From a virus (taxonomy: Duplodnaviria > Heunggongvirae > Uroviricota > Caudoviricetes): 5,865 nucleotides of DNA. The DNA is taken from IMG/VR virus record IMGVR_UViG_2529293151_000012, one strand, 5' to 3'. Below the pieces are notes generated by a model that worked only from the letters and a program-made list of their open reading frames with translations, did not search any database and was not told the origin of the DNA. Positions 1 to 5,865 of the stretch are shown here, piece after piece (position 1 is the first letter of the stretch; the number at the start of each line of letters is the position of its first letter). The translations under genes and the position numbers were made by a program.

Positions 1-1553
<1,553 letters not shown>

Positions 1554-1572
1554 AATTTTATAACCCATAAAG

Positions 1573-1599
1573 GGCGTCAGAAATGACGCCTTTTTTATT
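1573..1599 (+). terminator. Rho-independent terminator downstream of J
   Basis: Perfect 7-bp stem GGCGTCA (1573-1579) / TGACGCC (1584-1590) with GAAA loop, followed by the T-run TTTTTTATT (1591-1599). Confidence 0.75.
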
Positions 1600-1620
1600 G
1601 CAGAAAAGCGAGAGGTAATT

Positions 1621-2220
1621 ATGCGTAAACTTTATGCCGCCATTTTGTCCGCAGCCATTTGTCTGGCCGTATCCGGTGCGCCTGCATGGGCGTCTGAACA
1701 TCAGTCCACGCTGAGCGCGGGGTATCTTCATGCCTCGACGAACGTTCCCGGCAGCGATGATCTGAACGGGATTAACGTGAAATACCGTTATGAGTTTACG
1801 GACACACTGGGGATGGTGACGTCATTCAGCTATGCAGGAGACAAGAATCGCCAGCTGACCCGTTACAGCGATACCCGCTGGCATGAAGATTCCGTGCGTA
1901 ACCGCTGGTTCAGCGTGATGGCGGGGCCGTCTGTGCGCGTGAATGAATGGTTCAGCGCGTATGCGATGGCGGGTGTGGCTTACAGCCGTGTGTCGACTTT
2001 CTCCGGGGATTATCTCCGCGTAACTGACAACAAGGGGAAAACGCACGATGTGCTGACCGGAAGTGATGACGGTCGCCACAGCAACACGTCTCTGGCGTGG
2101 GGAGCTGGCGTGCAGTTTAACCCGACCGAATCCGTGGCCATTGATATTGCTTATGAAGGCTCCGGCAGTGGCGACTGGCGCACTGACGGTTTCATCGTGG
2201 GTGTCGGTTATAAATTCTGA
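1621..2220 (+). CDS. lom: Lom outer-membrane protein, Ail/Lom/OmpX/PagC family 8-stranded beta-barrel; lysogenic-conversion 'moron' gene
   Basis: 199-codon ORF with a Shine-Dalgarno sequence GAGAGGT (1610-1616) 4 nt upstream of the ATG. N-terminal signal peptide MRKLYAAILSAAICLAVSGAPAWA with an AWA-SEH signal peptidase I site. C-terminal ...VGVGYKF ends in Phe, typical of outer-membrane beta-barrels. The protein is near-identical, from memory, to lambda Lom. Confidence 0.95.
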   Translation: MRKLYAAILSAAICLAVSGAPAWASEHQSTLSAGYLHASTNVPGSDDLNGINVKYRYEFTDTLGMVTSFSYAGDKNRQLTRYSDTRWHEDSVRNRWFSVMAGPSVRVNEWFSAYAMAGVAYSRVSTFSGDYLRVTDNKGKTHDVLTGSDDGRHSNTSLAWGAGVQFNPTESVAIDIAYEGSGSGDWRTDGFIVGVGYKF

Positions 2221-2247
2221 TTAGCCAGGTAACACAGTGTTATGACA

Positions 2248-2273
2248 GCCCGCCGGTTCAGGCGGGCTTTTTT
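2248..2273 (+). terminator. Rho-independent terminator downstream of lom
   Basis: GC-rich 7-bp stem GCCCGCC (2248-2254) / GGCGGGC (2261-2267) with GGTTCA loop, followed by TTTTTT (2268-2273). Confidence 0.8.
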
Positions 2274-2284
2274 GTGGGGTGAAT

Positions 2285-5200
2285 ATGGCAGTAAAGATTT
2301 CAGGTGTACTGAAAGACGGCACAGGAAAACCGGTACAGAACTGCACAATCCAGCTGAAAGCAAAACGTAACAGCACCGCGGTGGTGGTGAACACGCTGGC
2401 CTCAGAAAATCCGGATGAAGCCGGGCGTTACAGCATGGACGTTGAGTACGGTCAGTACAGCGTTATTCTGTTGGTGGAAGGATTCCCGCCGTCACATGCC
2501 GGGACCATCACCGTGTATGAAGATTCTCAACCCGGTACGCTGAATGATTTTCTCGGTGCCATGACGGAGGATGATGCCCGTCCGGAGGCACTGCGCCGTT
2601 TTGAACTGATGGTGGAAGAGGTGGCGCGTAACGCGTCCGCGGTGGCACAGAACACGGCAGCCGCGAAGAAGTCAGCCGGCGATGCCGGCACATCTGCCCG
2701 TGAGGCGGCAACCCATGCGACTGATGCTGCAGGCTCAGCACGCGCAGCCAGCACGTCAGCCGGACAGGCCGCTTCGTCGGCTCAGTCAGCGTCTTCCAGC
2801 GCAGGAACGGCATCAACAAAGGCCACTGAAGCCTCAAAAAGTGCTGCCGCTGCAGAGTCCTCAAAAAGCGCGGCAGCTACCAGTGCCGGTGCGGCGAAAA
2901 CGTCAGAAACGAATGCTGCAGCGTCACAACAATCAGCAGCCACTTCTGCATCCACCGCGACCACGAAAGCGTCAGAAGCTGCCACCTCAGCCCGGGATGC
3001 GTCGGCTTCAAAAGAGGCAGCGAAATCATCAGAAACGAACGCATCCTCGAGCGCCAGTAGCGCAGCTTCCTCGGCAACGGCGGCAGCAAATTCCGCGAAG
3101 GCGGCAAAAACGTCCGAGACGAACGCCAGGTCTTCTGAGACGGCAGCGGGACAGAGCGCCTCAGCTGCGGCAGGCTCAAAAACAGCGGCTGCGTCGTCTG
3201 CCAGTGCCGCGTCAACAAGTGCCGGGCAGGCCTCAGCCAGTGCCACCGCCGCCGGAAAATCGGCAGAAAGTGCTGCATCGTCCGCTTCAACAGCCACAAC
3301 GAAGGCTGGCGAAGCCGCTGTACAGGCCAGCGCAGCAGCGAGGTCTGCTTCCGCAGCGAAGACATCCGAAACGAATGCGAAAGCGTCGGAAACCCGTGCA
3401 GAATCCTCAAAAACGGCAGCCGCATCGTCCGCCAGTTCGGCAGCGTCATCGGCATCATCTGCGTCTGCTTCAAAAGATGAGGCGACCAGACAGGCGTCAG
3501 CAGCGAAGGGCAGCGCCACGACGGCATCCACGAAAGCAACAGAGGCGGCAGGCAGTGCGACGGCGGCATCTCAGAGCAAAACTACTGCTGAATCCGCTGC
3601 GACCCGTGCGGAAGCTGCTGCTGATCGTGCTGAAGAGATTGCCGGTGCAGTTGCGATGGAAGACGCAAGCCTTACAACTAAAGGTGTTGTGAAACTTAGC
3701 AGTGCTGTTGATAGCACCAGTGAATCGCTGGCGGCAACGCCAAAGGCAGTAAAATCAGCCTATGACAATGCAGAGAAACGTCTGCAGAAAGACCAGAACG
3801 GCGCTGATATACCCGATAAGGGACGCTTCCTGAACAACATTAACGCGGTCAGTAAAACAGACTTTGCTGATAAGCGTGGTATGCGTTATGTGCGGGTTAA
3901 CGCTCCTGCAGGTGCAACATCTGGAAAATATTACCCTGTTGTTGTTATGCGTTCTGCTGGCTCAGTAAGCGAACTGGCATCAAGGGTCATTATCACCACG
4001 GCAACGCGAACCGCAGGCGATCCGATGAATAACTGCGAGTTTAACGGATTTGTTATGCCTGGTGGCTGGACTGACAGGGGGCGTTATGCTTATGGAATGT
4101 TCTGGCAATATCAAAACAATGAACGAGCCATCCACTCAATAATGATGAGTAATAAGGGCGATGATTTGCGCTCTGTGTTCTATGTTGATGGCGCTGCTTT
4201 CCCTGTTTTTGCGTTTATCGAAGATGGCCTGTCAATATCCGCACCTGGTGCTGATCTCGTTGTTAATGATACGACCTATAAGTTTGGGGCAACAAATCCG
4301 GCGACTGAATGTATCGCGGCGGACGTTATCCTTGATTTTAAGAGTGGGCGTGGTTTTTATGAGTCTCATTCGTTAATCGTTAACGATAACTTGTCGTGCA
4401 AAAAACTTTTTGCCACAGACGAAATTGTAGCGCGTGGTGGTAATCAGATTCGAATGATAGGTGGGGAGTATGGGGCATTATGGCGTAATGATGGCGCTAA
4501 AACTTACCTGCTGCTTACCAATCAAGGTGATGTTTATGGTGGCTGGAATACATTAAGACCGTTTGCTATTGATAACGCAACCGGCGAACTGGTTATTGGA
4601 ACCAAACTGTCCGCAAGTCTGAACGGTAATGCATTAACAGCAACAAAGCTGCAAACGCCAAGACGGGTTTCTGGTGTTGAGTTTGATGGTTCCAAAGATA
4701 TTACTTTAACCGCCGCGCATGTGGCTGCTTTTGCCAGAAGGGCAACGGATACATATGCCGATGCGGATGGTGGCGTTCCCTGGAATGCCGAATCAGGCGC
4801 TTACAATGTCACCCGCTCTGGCGACAGCTATATTCTGGTTAACTTCTATACCGGAGTCGGAAGTTGCCGGACCCTGCAGATGAAGGCGCATTACAGAAAT
4901 GGTGGTCTGTTCTACCGTTCTTCAAGAGATGGCTATGGTTTTGAGGAAGACTGGGCAGAAGTTTATACCTCGAAAAATCTTCCACCAGAAAGCTACCCAG
5001 TCGGCGCACCAATCCCGTGGCCATCAGATACCGTTCCGTCTGGTTATGCCCTGATGCAGGGGCAGACTTTTGACAAATCTGCCTACCCGAAACTTGCTGC
5101 CGCTTATCCGTCAGGCGTGATCCCTGATTTGCGTGGCTGGACGATTAAGGGCAAGCCCGCCAGTGGTCGTGCCGTATTGTCTCAGGAACAGGACGGCATT

Positions 5201-5683
5201 AAATCGCATACCCACAGCGCCAGCGCATCCAGTACGGATTTGGGGACGAAAACCACATCGTCGTTTGATTACGGCACTAAATCCACGAATAACACTGGTG
5301 CGCATACCCATAGTTTAAGTGGCAGCACGAATGCAGCTGGTAATCACAGCCATAGAGATGGCCGTCGATTTAACCCCAGTGTTTTTAAAGATACTTATCA
5401 ATATGGTTATACAAGCTCAGGTCAAAATACCTGGGGTGTACAAGGCTCAGTAGGTATGTCTACGGGGTGGTTAGCGAATACCAGTACAGATGGTAATCAT
5501 AGCCATTCACTGTCCGGCACAGCAGCATCTGCAGGTGCACACGCGCATACTGTCGGTATTGGTGCTCATACGCACTCCGTTGCGATTGGTTCACATGGAC
5601 ACACCATCACCGTTAACGCTGCTGGTAACGCGGAAAACACCGTCAAAAACATCGCATTTAACTATATTGTGAGGCTTGCATAA
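2285..5683 (+). CDS. stf: Side tail fibre protein Stf, long mosaic form (about 1132 aa from the ATG at 2285; the track ORF starts 2 codons earlier at GTG 2279)
   Basis: Single uninterrupted frame of 3.4 kb. The N-terminus [30 protein letters not shown] and the C-terminus ...[31 protein letters not shown] match, from memory, lambda Stf (Ur-lambda form) and the T4 gp37 distal tip family. Conserved fibre motif LAATPKAVK at 3728-3754. Shine-Dalgarno-like GGGGTGA 3-9 nt upstream of the ATG at 2285. Stop TAA at 5681-5683. Confidence 0.95.
2630..3650 (+). repeat. In-frame Ser/Ala/Thr-rich periodic tract inside stf (heptad / 21-nt period, with a 42-nt higher-order repeat encoding AAKTSETNA-like units)
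   Basis: The protein from about aa 118 to 457 parses into roughly 48 consecutive heptads of the form S-A-x-x-A-A/S-T/S (for example [28 protein letters not shown]) with no stutter. At DNA level, near-identical 20-mers (aaaacgtcagaaacgaatgc and variants) occur at 2897, 3023, 3107 and 3359, with spacings of 126, 84 and 252 nt, all multiples of 42. Confidence 0.7.
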
Positions 5684-5865
5684 TGGCATTCAGAATGAGT
5701 GAACAACCACGGACCATAAAAATTTATAATCTGCTGGCCGGAACTAATGAATTTATTGGTGAAGGTGACGCATATATTCCGCCTCATACAGGTCTGCCAG
5801 CAAACAGTACCGATATTGCACCACCAGATATTCCTGCTGGCTTTGTGGCTGTTTTCAACAGTGAT
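5683..5865 (+). CDS. tfa: Tail fibre assembly protein Tfa (chaperone for Stf), 3'-partial; continues beyond the window
   Basis: ATG at 5683-5685 overlaps the stf stop (TAATG). Shine-Dalgarno GAGG at 5671-5674, 8 nt upstream. Translation [61 protein letters not shown] matches, from memory, the N-terminus of lambda Tfa. Frame is open to the window end. Confidence 0.9.

Noticed and set aside
1822-2079. Minus-strand 85-aa ORF inside lom
   Set aside because: Antisense to lom, with no independent signals.
2279-2284. GTG at 2279 as the stf start (as in the ORF track)
   Set aside because: The ATG at 2285 gives the canonical MAVKISG N-terminus and better spacing from the GGGG Shine-Dalgarno-like element.
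2897-3378. Periodic 42-nt spaced repeats as a possible CRISPR or minisatellite array
   Set aside because: The repeats are imperfect, lie in-frame within stf, and encode the repeated AAKTSETNA peptide unit. There are no unique spacers of uniform length.
2508-3692. Long alternate-frame ORFs over the stf repeat region (2682..3692 +, 2782..3531 -, 2877..3569 -, 2508..2864 -, 2527..2754 -)
   Set aside because: They are artefacts of the GC-rich, Ala/Ser-codon periodic tract, which is depleted of stop codons in several frames. Their translations are Arg/Pro/Gln-rich or Ala/Asp-rich low-complexity sequences, and the stf frame is the one with recognisable homology.
4161-5672. Small ORFs inside stf in other frames or strand (4161..4376 +, 4839..5024 -, 5111..5311 -, 5133..5318 +, 5490..5672 +)
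   Set aside because: All are nested within the well-supported stf frame, are short, and lack start-site signals.

Overview
This window is the distal tail-fibre module of a lambda-like (lambdoid) phage or prophage, all on the + strand: the 3' part of the J gene (central tail fibre / host-specificity protein), the lom outer-membrane protein gene, a very long side tail fibre gene (stf, about 1130 codons) and the first 61 codons of the tail fibre assembly gene tfa. Identification rests on reading the translated ORFs and recognising them from memory as close relatives of lambda J, Lom, Stf and Tfa; no database search was run. The J reading frame is broken by an apparent single-base deletion near nt 790, so J appears as two overlapping ORFs. 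lom is bracketed by two clear rho-independent terminator hairpins, as expected for an independently inserted 'moron' gene. Stf is mosaic: a lambda-like N-terminus, a roughly 1 kb Ser/Ala/Thr-rich tract with unbroken heptad (21-nt) periodicity, a roughly 1.2 kb central module that I do not recall in lambda Stf, and a lambda/T4 gp37-like tip with seven HxH motifs. I see no tRNA, rRNA, CRISPR array, IS element or recognisable defence or toxin system. The points worth a second look are the J frameshift, the divergent J receptor-binding end and the mosaic Stf, not a new system.
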